From: Acidimicrobiales bacterium
Lineage (GTDB): Bacteria > Actinomycetota > Acidimicrobiia > Acidimicrobiales > WLNW01
DNA: 64,000 bases
NCBI GenBank assembly: GCA_035525225.1
Contig: DATLFA010000012.1
Location: forward strand, 7,818-71,817
Reading direction: 5' to 3'
In this document: positions 9,180-20,348 of the stretch, one piece after another
Position numbering within the stretch: position 1 is the first letter of the stretch
How the letters are laid out: every line of letters begins with the position of its first letter
Translations under genes and position numbers: made by a program
The notes under the pieces: model-generated
The model's database searches: none
What the model was told of the DNA's origin: nothing
What the model saw: the letters and a program-made list of their open reading frames with translations, nothing else

Positions 9180-9230
9180 AGTTCAGCGCCCCCAATGGCC
9201 GTAGTTCGGGGTGGAGATTAACGTGCGCCG

Positions 9231-10664
9231 GTGGAACCCGTGGGGGGAGAGCCGACCGTAGGCCGGCGATGGTGGTTGGTTCTGCTTGCCACCAGCATCG
9301 GTGGCTACATCGTCGCGGCCAACCTGTCCACGGTCAATGTCGCCAACCCCTCGATTCGCCAGCATTTCGACGCGTCCCTGTCGTCGGTCAGTTGGATCGT
9401 GACCGCGTACGCAATCGTTTTCGCCGCGTTGCTCGTGCCTGCGGGACGCGTGGCCGACCGGTATGGCCGGCGGATGCTGTATGTGAGCGGATTGTGCGTC
9501 TTCGCCACTGGTTCGTTGGTGTCGGGCGTTGGCTCGCACTTGTGGATCGTCGTCGTCGGCCGAGTCATCCAGGGCATCGGTGCCGCGTTCATCACTCCAT
9601 CGGCGATCGGGCTCTTGTTGGAGATCACTCCGCCGGCGCGGCGCACACGCGCGCTCGCGTGGACCGGAGGCGTCTCGGCGATCGGCGTCGCGACCGGCCC
9701 GACGTTGGGCGCGATCGTCGTCGACCACCTCGGCTGGCGCTGGTCGTTCTTGATCGCCCCACCGTTCGCTTTGATCAGCTACGCAATCGGCCGCGACGTG
9801 CTTCCGCGAACGCGCCAGCCCGACGCCGAGGGCCGCATCGACTTGATCGGCCTGGGCCTGGCGATTGCGGCGATGGGCCTCGTCACACTGGCCATTTCCG
9901 AGGGGCGACGGTGGGGGTGGGCGAGCACGAGCACCGTCGTCGTGTTCGCGGTCGGAGCGTTGTGCACCGTGCTCTTCGTGCTGCAATGCCGCCGTCATCC
10001 TGCGCCCGTGCTGCCATTGCGCTTGTTTCGCGCGCGCTCGTTCACTGTCGCGAGCATTGCCGGTGTCGTGTACGGCGTCGCCAGCGGATCGATCCTGTTC
10101 GTCAACGTGTTCTTTCTCACCCAGATCTGGGGCTACAGCCCGAGCAAGGCCGGCTTCTCGATGATCCCCGGCCCAGCAGTGGCGTCGCTCGTCGCGCTTT
10201 TCGTCGGTCGGTTCGGCTCGAAGTACGGCGAACGGGCACTGGCGGTGCCGGGCTCGCTGATTCTCGGCCTCGGCATCGTCTTGTACGTATGGAGTACCGA
10301 CGCCACGCCTGACTTCTGGCGCGAGTGGTTCGTCGGCGCCGCATTGACGGGCGTCGGCGTGATGCTCGTCTTCCCGATGCTGTCGTCGGCAGGGGTGCGC
10401 GACGTCGAACCACACGCCCTGTCGGTAGCGACGGCCGCGATCCGCGGCGCGATCCAGTTCGGGCAGGCAACCGGCGTCGCAATAAGTGCGGCGGTCCTGG
10501 GTCCGAACCCGAACACAGTGGGCGTGTTTCACAACGCCTGGCTGGTGTTGGTCGGTTGCTGCATCGGCTCGGCACTCGTGTGCATGGGCATACGACCGCA
10601 GGTTCGCAAGCCCGCCGTTCTGCGACCGCCGGGGCTCGCGGATGCTACATATACATCGTCGTGA
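9231..10664 (+). CDS. MFS transporter, DHA2 family
   Basis: Track ORF of 477 aa with a GTG start, motif A GRVADRYGRR, and many TM segments. Confidence 0.85.
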   Translation: MEPVGGEPTVGRRWWLVLLATSIGGYIVAANLSTVNVANPSIRQHFDASLSSVSWIVTAYAIVFAALLVPAGRVADRYGRRMLYVSGLCVFATGSLVSGVGSHLWIVVVGRVIQGIGAAFITPSAIGLLLEITPPARRTRALAWTGGVSAIGVATGPTLGAIVVDHLGWRWSFLIAPPFALISYAIGRDVLPRTRQPDAEGRIDLIGLGLAIAAMGLVTLAISEGRRWGWASTSTVVVFAVGALCTVLFVLQCRRHPAPVLPLRLFRARSFTVASIAGVVYGVASGSILFVNVFFLTQIWGYSPSKAGFSMIPGPAVASLVALFVGRFGSKYGERALAVPGSLILGLGIVLYVWSTDATPDFWREWFVGAALTGVGVMLVFPMLSSAGVRDVEPHALSVATAAIRGAIQFGQATGVAISAAVLGPNPNTVGVFHNAWLVLVGCCIGSALVCMGIRPQVRKPAVLRPPGLADATYTSS

Positions 10665-11817
10665 TGTCGGGCGGCGCGTTGTTGAAGGGCTCGAACTTCG
10701 GCTTGGCCGTGCCCCGGAAATGCGTCGTCGAGTGCACGGGGTCATTGTCGAATTCGGGAATCACGTGCTCGCCGAACGTTTCGATCAACTCGAGCGTGTC
10801 GTCGTAGCTCAACGAGCCGGGCACGCCAAAGCTCACCTGATCGACGCCAGTCGCTTCGTAGATGCGCAACTGCCCGATGACCTCTTCGGGATCACCGCAC
10901 AACATCAACCCGCTCTTGATGACGGGCTCGACGGCTTCGGGTGACATTGCCGGTGTCGGATTCGGCCACGTGGGGAATCCCTCGCGATGGGGAAACGTGT
11001 CGTGGTAGAGCTGAACCAACGACAACAGGTAGCCGCGTTTCGGATCGCAGGCGAGACGGCGGGCCTTTTGCCCGTCCTCGTAACAGAGAACCGCATTGGT
11101 GATCATGACATTGTTGTTGATGTACTCACCGACGGGGTTCTCGCACTCGGCCGCGCCCAACTTGTACGCCTCGATCATCGGCGTCATCTCGTGGATGGTG
11201 CTGAAGTTGAAACCGAGGGCGCCGATGCCGTGGCGGCCGGCCTTCTCGTAGGTCGGCGGGTTGCCACAGGCCACCCAAATCGGGGGGTGCGACGCGCCGT
11301 AGGGCTTGGGCAGGATGTTGTGGGGTACGTCGAGCGCGAAGTGCTTGCCTTGGAACGTGTAGTCGTACTGCGCCCACATGCGGGGTATCTCCCACACGAC
11401 CTCGTCCCATTCGCTGCGAGTCGACGACGTGTCGTGGATGTTGAACGTGCCGACCTCGTGGCTGCCGGCACCGCGACCGGTACCCATCTCGAATCGTCCT
11501 TCGGTGAGGTGGTCGAGCATGGCGGCGCGCTCGGCGTTGCGGACCGGATGGCAGGCGCGCGGCGACAGGTTGAAGATGCCCGAGCCCAAATGGATACGCG
11601 ACGTACGGGCCGCGCAGAAACCCATGAACGTCTCGTTGGCGGAGATGTGGCTGTACTCCGGCAGGGCGTGGTGCTCGCTGAACCAGGCGTACTTCCAGTT
11701 GTTCTTGTCGGCGCACACGACGTAGTCGATCTCTTGCATGAAGGCTCGATGCTCGGCCGCGCGATCGTGCGCTTGCGGGCCGGGCAGATGACCTTGAAGA
11801 AAGATCCCGAATTCCAT
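10645..11817 (-). CDS. LLM-class flavin-dependent oxidoreductase
   Basis: Internal ATG at 11817 of track ORF 10645..11886 gives MEFGIFLQGHLPG...YAWFSEHHALPEYSH... (390 aa), a luciferase-like pattern. The 3-prime end overlaps the convergent MFS gene by 20 nt. Confidence 0.85.
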   Translation of the reverse strand: MEFGIFLQGHLPGPQAHDRAAEHRAFMQEIDYVVCADKNNWKYAWFSEHHALPEYSHISANETFMGFCAARTSRIHLGSGIFNLSPRACHPVRNAERAAMLDHLTEGRFEMGTGRGAGSHEVGTFNIHDTSSTRSEWDEVVWEIPRMWAQYDYTFQGKHFALDVPHNILPKPYGASHPPIWVACGNPPTYEKAGRHGIGALGFNFSTIHEMTPMIEAYKLGAAECENPVGEYINNNVMITNAVLCYEDGQKARRLACDPKRGYLLSLVQLYHDTFPHREGFPTWPNPTPAMSPEAVEPVIKSGLMLCGDPEEVIGQLRIYEATGVDQVSFGVPGSLSYDDTLELIETFGEHVIPEFDNDPVHSTTHFRGTAKPKFEPFNNAPPDITTMYM

Positions 11818-11903
11818 GAAACCCCCACGTCCCCTACCCGATCCGGATGCGGCACGATAACGACGACGGGTTCTAGTGTCCACCACAACGAAGAGGAGGC
11901 GAC

Positions 11904-12642
<739 letters not shown>

Positions 12643-12653
<11 letters not shown>

Positions 12654-13620
12654 CGGGGACCAGCAGTTCGTCATCGATCACGACGGTGACGACCGCGCCG
12701 CCGTCGATCGCGTCCGGATGATCGACGACGAGCTCACCGAGCGACGTCGACACCCGCGTGACGTACCGACCACCGCGAAACCGCTGTGCCAGCACCGTGC
12801 CCGCGAACCCGACACCAGCCGTGTCGTCGATGCGAATGGCGTCCGACCGGATGAGCGTGCGACCCCGCGCCGGCAGATCGACGATGTTGTCGTGGCCGAG
12901 GAACCGTGCGACGAACTCTGTCTGCGGGTCGCGCCAGATGGCGAGCGGCGTGTCGACGCGCTCGATCTGCCCTCGTTGCATCACCACGACGCGGTCGGCG
13001 ATCGCAAACGCCTCGTCTTGATCGTGGGTCACGTGGATGGCCGTCACACCGACCCCACGCAAGAGCTCGCCGATCTCGGTCGTCAACCGTTCGCGCAATC
13101 CTCGGTCGAGGGACCCGAAAGGTTCGTCGAGCATCAGCAATTGCGGCGCGGGTGCGAGCGACCGCGCCAGCGCGACGCGTTGTGCTTCGCCCCCCGAGAG
13201 CGTGCCGATCGCCCGGTCGCCCATGGCGGCCAGACCGACGAGGTCGAGCATCTCGGCGACGCGCCGGCGGCGCTGTGCGGCCGGCTGGTGCTGCATGCGC
13301 AACCCGAATTCGATGTTCTCGCCGACACTTCGGTGGGGAAAGAGCGCGTGATCCTGGAACATGAGACCGAATCCGCGTGCGTGCGGCGCGGTGTCGCTCA
13401 CGTCGCGTCCGTTCCACCGGACGGCGCCCGAGTCGGGCGTCAGCAAGCCGGCGATGGCTCGCAGCAGCGTGCTCTTGCCGCAGCCGCTCGGTCCCAGCAC
13501 GGAGACGATCTCGCGCCCGGCGACCGACAGGTCGACACCGTCGAGCGCGATGGCGCCGTCATAGCTGACGGACAGACCCTCGACCTGCAGCCCCTCGCTT
13601 GCGTTTCCTTGCGCGGTCAC
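12643..13620 (-). CDS. ABC transporter ATP-binding protein (ThiQ/FbpC-like, with C-terminal TOBE-like extension)
   Basis: GTG at 13620 (GTGA overlap with the permease stop) within track ORF 12643..13890. Walker A GPSGCGKST, signature LSGGEAQR and Walker B LLMLDEPF are present. Confidence 0.85.
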
Positions 13621-15305
13621 AGGCTCACCGAACTGCGGGGCCGCAGTCGTTCGACGACGAGCGTTGCCAGTATCACCAACGCGGCCAGGATGACCGCGAG
13701 TGCCATGGCCATGCCCCGCAGCGCGGCCCCCGGTTGGCTCAACAAGCGGAACATGGCGATCGGGATCGTGGGCGCGTCGGGGCGGGCGAGGAACGATGTC
13801 GCGCCGAACTCTCCCAGCGAGATCGCGAATGCGAACGCGGCTGCGGCAGACGCCGCGCGCGCGGCGACCGGCCAGTCGACGTTGCGCCATACGCGCGGCG
13901 GCGACGCGCCCAGCACCGTGGCCGAATCACGTAGCCGATCGTCGATGGCGCGCAGCGCGGGCACGACGATGCGCACCACGAACGGGATGGCAACGAGCGC
14001 TTGCGCCAAAGGGATCAAGATCCATGACGTGCGCAGGTCGAGCGGCGGATCGTCGAGCGCAATGAGAAATCCGAACCCCAGCGTCACCGCAGACGTGCCG
14101 AGGGGCAACATCAAGCCGATGTCGAGCACACGGGCGATCGCGCGCCGCCCGTAGACGATCGCACCGGCGGCCAACCCACCCACCGCAAGCCCGATGATCG
14201 TGGCCACCGCGGCCGTGACGAGTGAGTTGCGCACTGCTTCGATCGGCGGCACAAGAAGGGACGACGACGCGCGTTCGCGCGAGCCGAGCGCGCGGTAGTT
14301 GTCGAACCCGTGACCGCCGCGGACGACCAGCGATCGCTCGACGAGCGATGCCAGTGGCATCGCGACGAGTACCACGGTCGGCGCCAACGACGCGGCGAGG
14401 GCGACGCGTTCACGGGTGGTCGCGGCGCGACGCGGTGGCGTGACCCGGCTGCGGCCGGCCAGTCGGCCGACCCGCCGTTCGAGCAGCGTCGCCGCGGCGA
14501 CCATCGCGACCACGGCCGCGAGTTGGAAGGCCGAGAGCAGCGCGGCGGTGTGGAAGTCGGTGCGCTGCACGGCGTAGCGCCAGATCTCCGACTCGATGGT
14601 GGCCTGGCGCGGCCCGCCGAGCAACAAGATGACGCCGAACGACGTGAAGCAAAACAGAAAGACGATGGCGCTCGCGGCAGTGATGGCGGGCCGCAGCCGT
14701 GGGAGATCGATCTCGACGAACACTCGCCAGCGGGAGGCGCCGAGCATCTGTGCGCTTTCGTCCACGCGTTGATCGAGCAGCGCCCAGTAGCCGCCGACGA
14801 CGCGCACGATCACCGCGACGTTGAAGATCACGTGGGCGAGAAGGATCGCCCACGTCGTGTGGTAGAGCCGCACCGGCCCGTCGTCGAGGCCGAAACGGTC
14901 GATCAGTGCGTTGATGGCGCTACCGATGACAACCGTCGGTAGCGCAAACGGCACCACGACCAACGCCCGCACGAGGGCCTTGCCGGCGAAGCGATAGCGA
15001 GCGAGCACCCGTGCCGCCGGAAGGCCCACCGCGAGGGTCAGCACGGTCGAGACGACGGCCTGCCACACGGTGAACCACACCACGGATCGCAACTGCCCAT
15101 CGGTGATCAGATCGACGACGTTGTGGCGACCCCGGCGCCCGAGTCCGCGGTCCAGGATCGTGATGATCGGATACGCGAAGAACACCGCCAAGAAGCCCAG
15201 TGGCAGCGCCACCATGGCGAAGCGCGCCAGCCGCGACCTAGGCCCGAGCGCCGCGGCGCCACGCGGCGCTATCGCAGCGCGATCTTGGCCCAACGCTCGG
15301 TCCAA
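13617..15305 (-). CDS. ABC transporter permease, fused double-domain (ThiP-like)
   Basis: Track ORF of 562 aa, about 12 TM, with two permease repeats. The start is uncertain: TTG 15305 or 15293 overlap the upstream gene, and ATG 15215 is the alternative. Confidence 0.8.
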   Translation of the reverse strand: MDRALGQDRAAIAPRGAAALGPRSRLARFAMVALPLGFLAVFFAYPIITILDRGLGRRGRHNVVDLITDGQLRSVVWFTVWQAVVSTVLTLAVGLPAARVLARYRFAGKALVRALVVVPFALPTVVIGSAINALIDRFGLDDGPVRLYHTTWAILLAHVIFNVAVIVRVVGGYWALLDQRVDESAQMLGASRWRVFVEIDLPRLRPAITAASAIVFLFCFTSFGVILLLGGPRQATIESEIWRYAVQRTDFHTAALLSAFQLAAVVAMVAAATLLERRVGRLAGRSRVTPPRRAATTRERVALAASLAPTVVLVAMPLASLVERSLVVRGGHGFDNYRALGSRERASSSLLVPPIEAVRNSLVTAAVATIIGLAVGGLAAGAIVYGRRAIARVLDIGLMLPLGTSAVTLGFGFLIALDDPPLDLRTSWILIPLAQALVAIPFVVRIVVPALRAIDDRLRDSATVLGASPPRVWRNVDWPVAARAASAAAAFAFAISLGEFGATSFLARPDAPTIPIAMFRLLSQPGAALRGMAMALAVILAALVILATLVVERLRPRSSVSL

Positions 15306-16387
15306 TCGATTCGATTCGATTCGATGGTCGCCGGATCGAGCGTGAGTGGCTTGTCGACCAGCTTGGCGTGCTTCGAGAACTCCGCGGGCAATGTGGCCGA
15401 CTTGCTCGCCGGAAAGACGAACATGTTCAGTGGGATGTCGTTTTGCACCGTGTCCGACAACAAGAAGTCCACGAGCGCCGCGGCAGCCTCGGGATGCTCG
15501 CTACCGCGCAAGACGCCCGCGAACTCGATCTGCCGGAAACAGGTCTCGTTCACCACGCCCGTCGGGGGCTCGGTCAACTTGCCCTCGGAGAACACGACTT
15601 CGGCCGCAGGGCTCGATGCATACGACGTGACGATCGACTTGTCGCCGCCGCCGGACTTGAACTGCTCGCCGTAGGCCTCGGTCCAACCTGGCGCGATTGC
15701 GACGTTGTTGTCACGAAGCTTGCGCCAGTAGCCCTCCCACCCATCGTCGCCATACTTGGCGATGGTCGCGAGCAGGAACGCGAACCCGGGCGACGACGTG
15801 TCGGGGTGTTCGGTGACGAACTGCCCCTTGAACTCGGGCTTGGTCAGGTCGTCGAACGACGCCGGCGCCGCTCCCGAACCGAACGACTCCTTCCAGTAGT
15901 TCACGCACACGTCACCGACGTCCATCGGCGTCACCCGGTGGTACGTATCGAGTTGAAGGTCTTCGGCCACGTCGGCCAGCGCCGGCGACTCGTAGGGCAC
16001 GAAGACGTTCGCTTCGAGCGCTTTGCACAAGAATGTGTTGTCGACGCCGAACATCACGTCCGCCGTGGGCTTACCCGAAGTGATCACCGCTTGGCTGACC
16101 ATTGCTCCGGCGTCGTTGCTCCTGAGCAGCTCGACCTCGACGCCGGTTTGCGCCGTGAACTCCTCGAGCGTGCCGTCCGACAACGCGAAGGAATCATGGG
16201 TGACGAGTGTGATCTTCGTGCCCCTGATGTTCGCGCTCTTCACCGAATCAGAGGAGATTGCAGGGGTGGCGGGCTCGTCGAAGCATTTCGCGCCCGCAGA
16301 CGAGGATGAGTCGTCACCGCAGGCGGTCGCCGCGAGCGCGACGATGCCGACCACGAGAGAGGCGACGAGGGGTCGGCGCACGATCAT
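15269..16387 (-). CDS. ABC transporter substrate-binding protein, thiamine (ThiB/TbpA-like); probable lipoprotein
   Basis: ATG at 16387 within track ORF 15269..16423 gives MIVRRPLVASLVVGIVALAATACGDD... (signal peptide plus Cys). The TPP riboswitch lies immediately upstream. The body resembles TbpA/Fe3+-type periplasmic binding proteins. Confidence 0.85.
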   Translation of the reverse strand: MIVRRPLVASLVVGIVALAATACGDDSSSSAGAKCFDEPATPAISSDSVKSANIRGTKITLVTHDSFALSDGTLEEFTAQTGVEVELLRSNDAGAMVSQAVITSGKPTADVMFGVDNTFLCKALEANVFVPYESPALADVAEDLQLDTYHRVTPMDVGDVCVNYWKESFGSGAAPASFDDLTKPEFKGQFVTEHPDTSSPGFAFLLATIAKYGDDGWEGYWRKLRDNNVAIAPGWTEAYGEQFKSGGGDKSIVTSYASSPAAEVVFSEGKLTEPPTGVVNETCFRQIEFAGVLRGSEHPEAAAALVDFLLSDTVQNDIPLNMFVFPASKSATLPAEFSKHAKLVDKPLTLDPATIESNRIDWTERWAKIALR

Positions 16388-16390
16388 GAT

Positions 16391-16473
16391 TTCCTCCGCT
16401 GGCATTACCCAGATCAGGTTCACGGGTCGACGGCAGCGAGCCGTCCTCTCAGCCCGGTGCCCCGAGCTCCCCG
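16391..16473 (-). promoter_or_regulatory. TPP (thiamine pyrophosphate) riboswitch, THI-box
   Basis: The minus strand reads CGGGGAGCUCGGGGCACCGGGCUGAGAGGACGGCUCGCUGCCGUCGACCCGUGAACCUGAUCUGGGUAAUGCCAGCGGAGGAAAUCAUG. The conserved GGGGC, CUGAGA, ACCC and ACCUGAUCUGGGUAAUGCCAGCG blocks are all present. The GGAGGAA Shine-Dalgarno abuts the aptamer. Confidence 0.92.
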
Positions 16474-16568
16474 ATTCGATTGATTGCGTGGTCGACGCTA
16501 ACGCCGACCCTCAGCCATTTGCAACCGGCAATGGCGGCGGGCATGAGCGAACCGCGCCGCGCCGGTGA

Positions 16569-17786
16569 TCAACGAGGCAGTGGGTGGCGGAAGAGCCCCG
16601 CGGCATTGAGATGGGTGATCTTGGCGATCTCTTCGGCCGGCAACTTGCCCAGTGTGCGTCGCGCGAACTCTTGTGTGTCCGGCCACGTCGAATCGGCGTG
16701 CGGGTAGTCGGACTCGAGCATGATGTGGTCGACGCCGATGCGATCGCGGACTTCGATCGTCGTCGGGTCGTCGATGGTGCAGAACCAGAAATTGCGACCG
16801 AGGATCTCGGACGGCAGAACGTCGCCCGCCATCTGCTTCCAGACAGTGCGACCGTGTCCCGACTGCGACATCATGAAGTCGAGGCGATCCATCACCATCG
16901 GCACCCAACCGATGCCGCCCTCGGACATCGCGATCTTGATCGACGGGTAGCGAATCGGCACGCCGGCCCAGAGCCATTCGCAACACGAGATCAACGACTG
17001 CACCTGGAACAACGTCGCGCCCGAACCGGCGCCGGGCGGCGCCGCAGGATCGCGGGGGAGCAGTTGCCCCGCCGACCCGATGTGCAGGCAGACGACGGTG
17101 TCGGTCTCGACACACGCGCGCAGGATCGGGTCCCAATAGTCGTGATCGTGGATCGACGGCAGCCCGGCCATATACGGCTGCTCGGGTAGCGACACGGCGA
17201 CGAATCCACGCGCCGCGTTGCGGCGGATCTCCGCTGCAGCTTCTTGTGGATCACGCAGGTAGGTGATGCCCATGGGCACGATGCGTTCGGGATAGGTACC
17301 CCACCACTCGTCGTTGATCCAGTCGTTGAACGCGCGCGTGACCGCGAGGCCGAGAGCGGGGTCGGAGGCCTCCGAATAGATGCGCCCACAGAAGCCGGTG
17401 ATCTGCGACGGAAAGCAGATCGAAGCCCAGACTCCGACGATGTCCATGTCGCGCACGCGCGCGTGGATGTCGAAGCAGCCGCGGCGCATGTCGTCGAAGC
17501 GCGCCGGTTCGAACGTGAAGTCGTCACGGTCGACCCGGCCGACGAGCGCATTGAAGCCCATCTGCGCGAAGACCTTGCCGTCGAAGTGCCACTGCTGGTG
17601 ACCTTCGGGCGTCTCGACGATCTTCGGCGCGTCGTCCTGGAACTGCTTGGGTAGGCGCCCCTCGAACAGCCACGGCGGTTCGACGAGATGATCGTCGACG
17701 GAGATGATCGTGTAATCGGCGGGCCGGGGCTCGGGATCGGGCAGGAGCCGGTCGCTCGGCGTATGGACGTAATCACGTATCGACAT
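16569..17786 (-). CDS. amidohydrolase family protein (amidohydrolase-2 type)
   Basis: Track ORF of 405 aa: ...IISVDDHLVEPP...MSEGGIGWVP...LESDYPHADSTWP... Its start is 9 nt after the stop of the HerA-like gene, and GAGGA overlaps that stop. Confidence 0.85.
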   Translation of the reverse strand: MSIRDYVHTPSDRLLPDPEPRPADYTIISVDDHLVEPPWLFEGRLPKQFQDDAPKIVETPEGHQQWHFDGKVFAQMGFNALVGRVDRDDFTFEPARFDDMRRGCFDIHARVRDMDIVGVWASICFPSQITGFCGRIYSEASDPALGLAVTRAFNDWINDEWWGTYPERIVPMGITYLRDPQEAAAEIRRNAARGFVAVSLPEQPYMAGLPSIHDHDYWDPILRACVETDTVVCLHIGSAGQLLPRDPAAPPGAGSGATLFQVQSLISCCEWLWAGVPIRYPSIKIAMSEGGIGWVPMVMDRLDFMMSQSGHGRTVWKQMAGDVLPSEILGRNFWFCTIDDPTTIEVRDRIGVDHIMLESDYPHADSTWPDTQEFARRTLGKLPAEEIAKITHLNAAGLFRHPLPR

Positions 17787-17795
17787 TGGCCGTCC

Positions 17796-20213
17796 TCATT
17801 CCGTTGGTACCCACACCACCGCGATCTCGTCGACGGTGATGTCGGTCTTTTCTAGCCGAATGCTCAGGGACTCGATCTGCGCTGCTTTGCGGTCCCACTC
17901 GTCTTGGATGGCCGCGAGCTTGTCGGTGAGGTCCTGCTCGAGATCGACCAGCTGGTCGTGTCGTCCTTCGAGTCGGTTCTTGGCGGTCTCGAGGCGTTCG
18001 CCGGCCTGGCCGCGCATGCGCTCTTTGCCGATCGTCCGAGTGACGGTGCCGAGCACGCTCTTCGTGTTCTTGCGCCCACCGAGGAAGGACCCGAGCAAAC
18101 CGCCGGCGCCGGAGACGACCGTGTCGAGGCCGCGCCGCTTCTTGTCGGACTGGACCTCGCGTACTTTGTCTTCTGCTTTGTCGATGGCGTCCTTGATGCG
18201 GTCGATCTTGTCGGTCATCGCTGTGCGCAACTTGTCGGCGTCCTTGTCGGCAAGATCCTCGGCAACCTGGCTGCAGCGCGTCGAGAACTCGTCTTTCGAT
18301 TCGCCGACACGGGAGTAGAGCTTGAGTGCGGCGTTCTTCAGCAGCTCGACCGTCATCGTGCGATAGAGGTGATCCTGCAGTTCGGATTTGGCCTTTGTGA
18401 AGTACGTCTTCGATTTGAGCTCCGCGTCGGGCAGTACGTAGACCGGGGCCTCGGGCGGTGTCCGGCGGAAGTCGCGATCGTCGTAGTCGACGTTGCGCGC
18501 ATCGGTGACATCGAGCGCTCCGTCGAGAGGGAAGAAGACGGCTTCCCACTCTTGTTGCTCGCGCACGTCGGCCTTCTCGTCGTCGAACAACAGCTTGACG
18601 CGGGCAACCACCGCGGCCTCGAGTCGCTTGCCGCTCGAGCGGGCGCCGATCTCGGATGCCCATGCTGCTGCAGGATCGAGGTAGTACACCTGTACACCGT
18701 CGGCGATCGTCGGCGCCAGTGAGCTCTCGTCGTCGCCCAGGGTGGGGGTTCGAGCCGGCGGCTCTCTGCCGCGAGCGGGGGTGTCGTTGTCGTCGGCCGG
18801 GCGCGTCGCGCTCTGCTGGCGCAATGGAGAGTGCGCCATCAACGCGGCGATCTGATCGCGCGACAGTGGGCCCGGCAGGTACGACATCGCCCACCGGCTG
18901 GTGAAAATGACGGGCTTGTTGGCCTTGGCCGAGTGCAACACGAACTCTCGCTTGGCCAGGCCCGAGATGGTGCGGTCGATCGTCGCCATGTCGGTGGCGC
19001 CCGCCGCGTCTTCGAGGCCTTGCATCAGGCGGGCCTTGTCACGTTCGGTTTGCAGGCGTCCGATCATCCATGTGCCGGCGTTGGCGATCGCCTTGTAGTC
19101 GATGTCGACGGGGTTTTGGGTGGCGAGCACCATGCCGACGCCGAATGCACGCGCCTGCTTGAAGATGGTGAGGATCGGCTTCTTGGCCGGCGGCGCCGCA
19201 GTCGGTGGGACGAAGCCGAACACCTCGTCCATGTAGACGATGACGCGGAGGTCGGGTGTGCCCGACTGCTGACGCATCCACGTGACGAGCTTCGACAGCA
19301 CGAGCGTCACGACGAACTGACGCTCTTGGTCGGACAGGTGGGCGATCTGGATGATGGCCGCGTTGGGCTTGCCGTCGGTGTAGAGCAGCGAGTCGATGTC
19401 GAGGGGCACGCCGCGAGCCCAGCTCGAGAACGCGGGCGACGCGATGAGGCCGTTGAGTCGCATCGCGAGGCCGAGGCGATCCTTCTCGGGAAAGAACGTG
19501 TCGAGGTCGATGACGCCCAGCTTGCGCAGCGGAGGTTGCTGGACTTGCGCGACCAACGACGCGAGATCGAGGTCGGCATTGTTGCGCCACGCATTGGCGA
19601 CGAGGTTGGACAACAAGATGTGCTCGCGGCCCGACAGCGGATCGCTCTCGATGTCGACCAGATTCAGCAAGCTCGACACGAGACCGTCGATCTCGTCCTG
19701 CAGCACCTCGTCATCGACATCGGCACCGGGCCGGCGCATGTCGCCCACGATGTTGAGCGCGATCCCCGTGTTCGATCCAGGTGTGTAGATCGTGAAGTTC
19801 GCGGCGCCGTGCAGGGCACGGATGCGATCGGCGGTCAGTCCCCACGTGGCTTGGCCGTCGGCCCACTGCGTTGCCACGACCGCGGCATGCTCATCGAGGG
19901 TGCGTCCCGCTTTCTTGGCATCGGACTCGAGGACGTACGGTCGGAAGCTCTCGGGCTGCTGGTCGGGGAATGCCAGCAGCAGGTTGCCCATGTCACCTTT
20001 GGGGTCGATGATCAACGCGGGGATGCCCTGCAGAAGGCACTCCTCGAGCAACACGATGCCGAGGCCGGTCTTGCCCGAGCCGGTCATGCCGACGATGACG
20101 CCGTGCGTGGTCAGGTTCGCGGCGTCGTACATCACGAAGTCGTTGGCCCGCTTGTGGTCCGCGGCGTTGATCTTGTCGCCGAGAAACAGGCTCCCCTTGG
20201 GGATGTCCACCAT
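17796..20213 (-). CDS. HerA/FtsK-like (DUF87/DUF853-type) P-loop ATPase with long C-terminal coiled-coil region
   Basis: ATG at 20213 (GAGGAG upstream) within track ORF 17796..20252, giving 805 aa. Walker A GMTGSGKTG, IIDPKGD, Walker B VIVYMDEVF and ATQNPVDIDYKAIANAGTWMIGRLQTERD are present. The C-terminal ~300 aa are K/E/D-rich heptad-like sequence. Confidence 0.8.
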   Translation of the reverse strand: MVDIPKGSLFLGDKINAADHKRANDFVMYDAANLTTHGVIVGMTGSGKTGLGIVLLEECLLQGIPALIIDPKGDMGNLLLAFPDQQPESFRPYVLESDAKKAGRTLDEHAAVVATQWADGQATWGLTADRIRALHGAANFTIYTPGSNTGIALNIVGDMRRPGADVDDEVLQDEIDGLVSSLLNLVDIESDPLSGREHILLSNLVANAWRNNADLDLASLVAQVQQPPLRKLGVIDLDTFFPEKDRLGLAMRLNGLIASPAFSSWARGVPLDIDSLLYTDGKPNAAIIQIAHLSDQERQFVVTLVLSKLVTWMRQQSGTPDLRVIVYMDEVFGFVPPTAAPPAKKPILTIFKQARAFGVGMVLATQNPVDIDYKAIANAGTWMIGRLQTERDKARLMQGLEDAAGATDMATIDRTISGLAKREFVLHSAKANKPVIFTSRWAMSYLPGPLSRDQIAALMAHSPLRQQSATRPADDNDTPARGREPPARTPTLGDDESSLAPTIADGVQVYYLDPAAAWASEIGARSSGKRLEAAVVARVKLLFDDEKADVREQQEWEAVFFPLDGALDVTDARNVDYDDRDFRRTPPEAPVYVLPDAELKSKTYFTKAKSELQDHLYRTMTVELLKNAALKLYSRVGESKDEFSTRCSQVAEDLADKDADKLRTAMTDKIDRIKDAIDKAEDKVREVQSDKKRRGLDTVVSGAGGLLGSFLGGRKNTKSVLGTVTRTIGKERMRGQAGERLETAKNRLEGRHDQLVDLEQDLTDKLAAIQDEWDRKAAQIESLSIRLEKTDITVDEIAVVWVPTE

Positions 20214-20264
20214 GAACTCCTCTCGTGGACGAGAGCCTACGCCGCCGCGCACAGTGGGGACTTA

Positions 20265-20293
20265 GGTCCTGAGCGGCCTTGGCCGGAGCGGAG
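20265..20293. repeat. REP-like GC-rich intergenic element (degenerate copy)
   Basis: GGTCCTGAGCGGCCTTGGCCGGAGCGGAG; compare the consensus GGGCCCGAGCGGCCC..(T)CAGAGCGGGA seen at 7 other intergenic sites. Confidence 0.45.
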
Positions 20294-20348
20294 TTAGGCT
20301 TCGCGTACGTCCACACCCGCCCCTCCCAGGCAAAACAAGGAGCACTCG

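Noticed and set aside
15307-15325. Pentanucleotide microsatellite (CGATT) x3.8 inside the 3-prime end of the thiamine binding-protein gene, considered as a possible phase-variation tract.
   Set aside because: With fewer than four copies it is too short for appreciable slippage. It reads through in frame as IESNRID. I noted it only because a 5-nt unit would be frameshifting.
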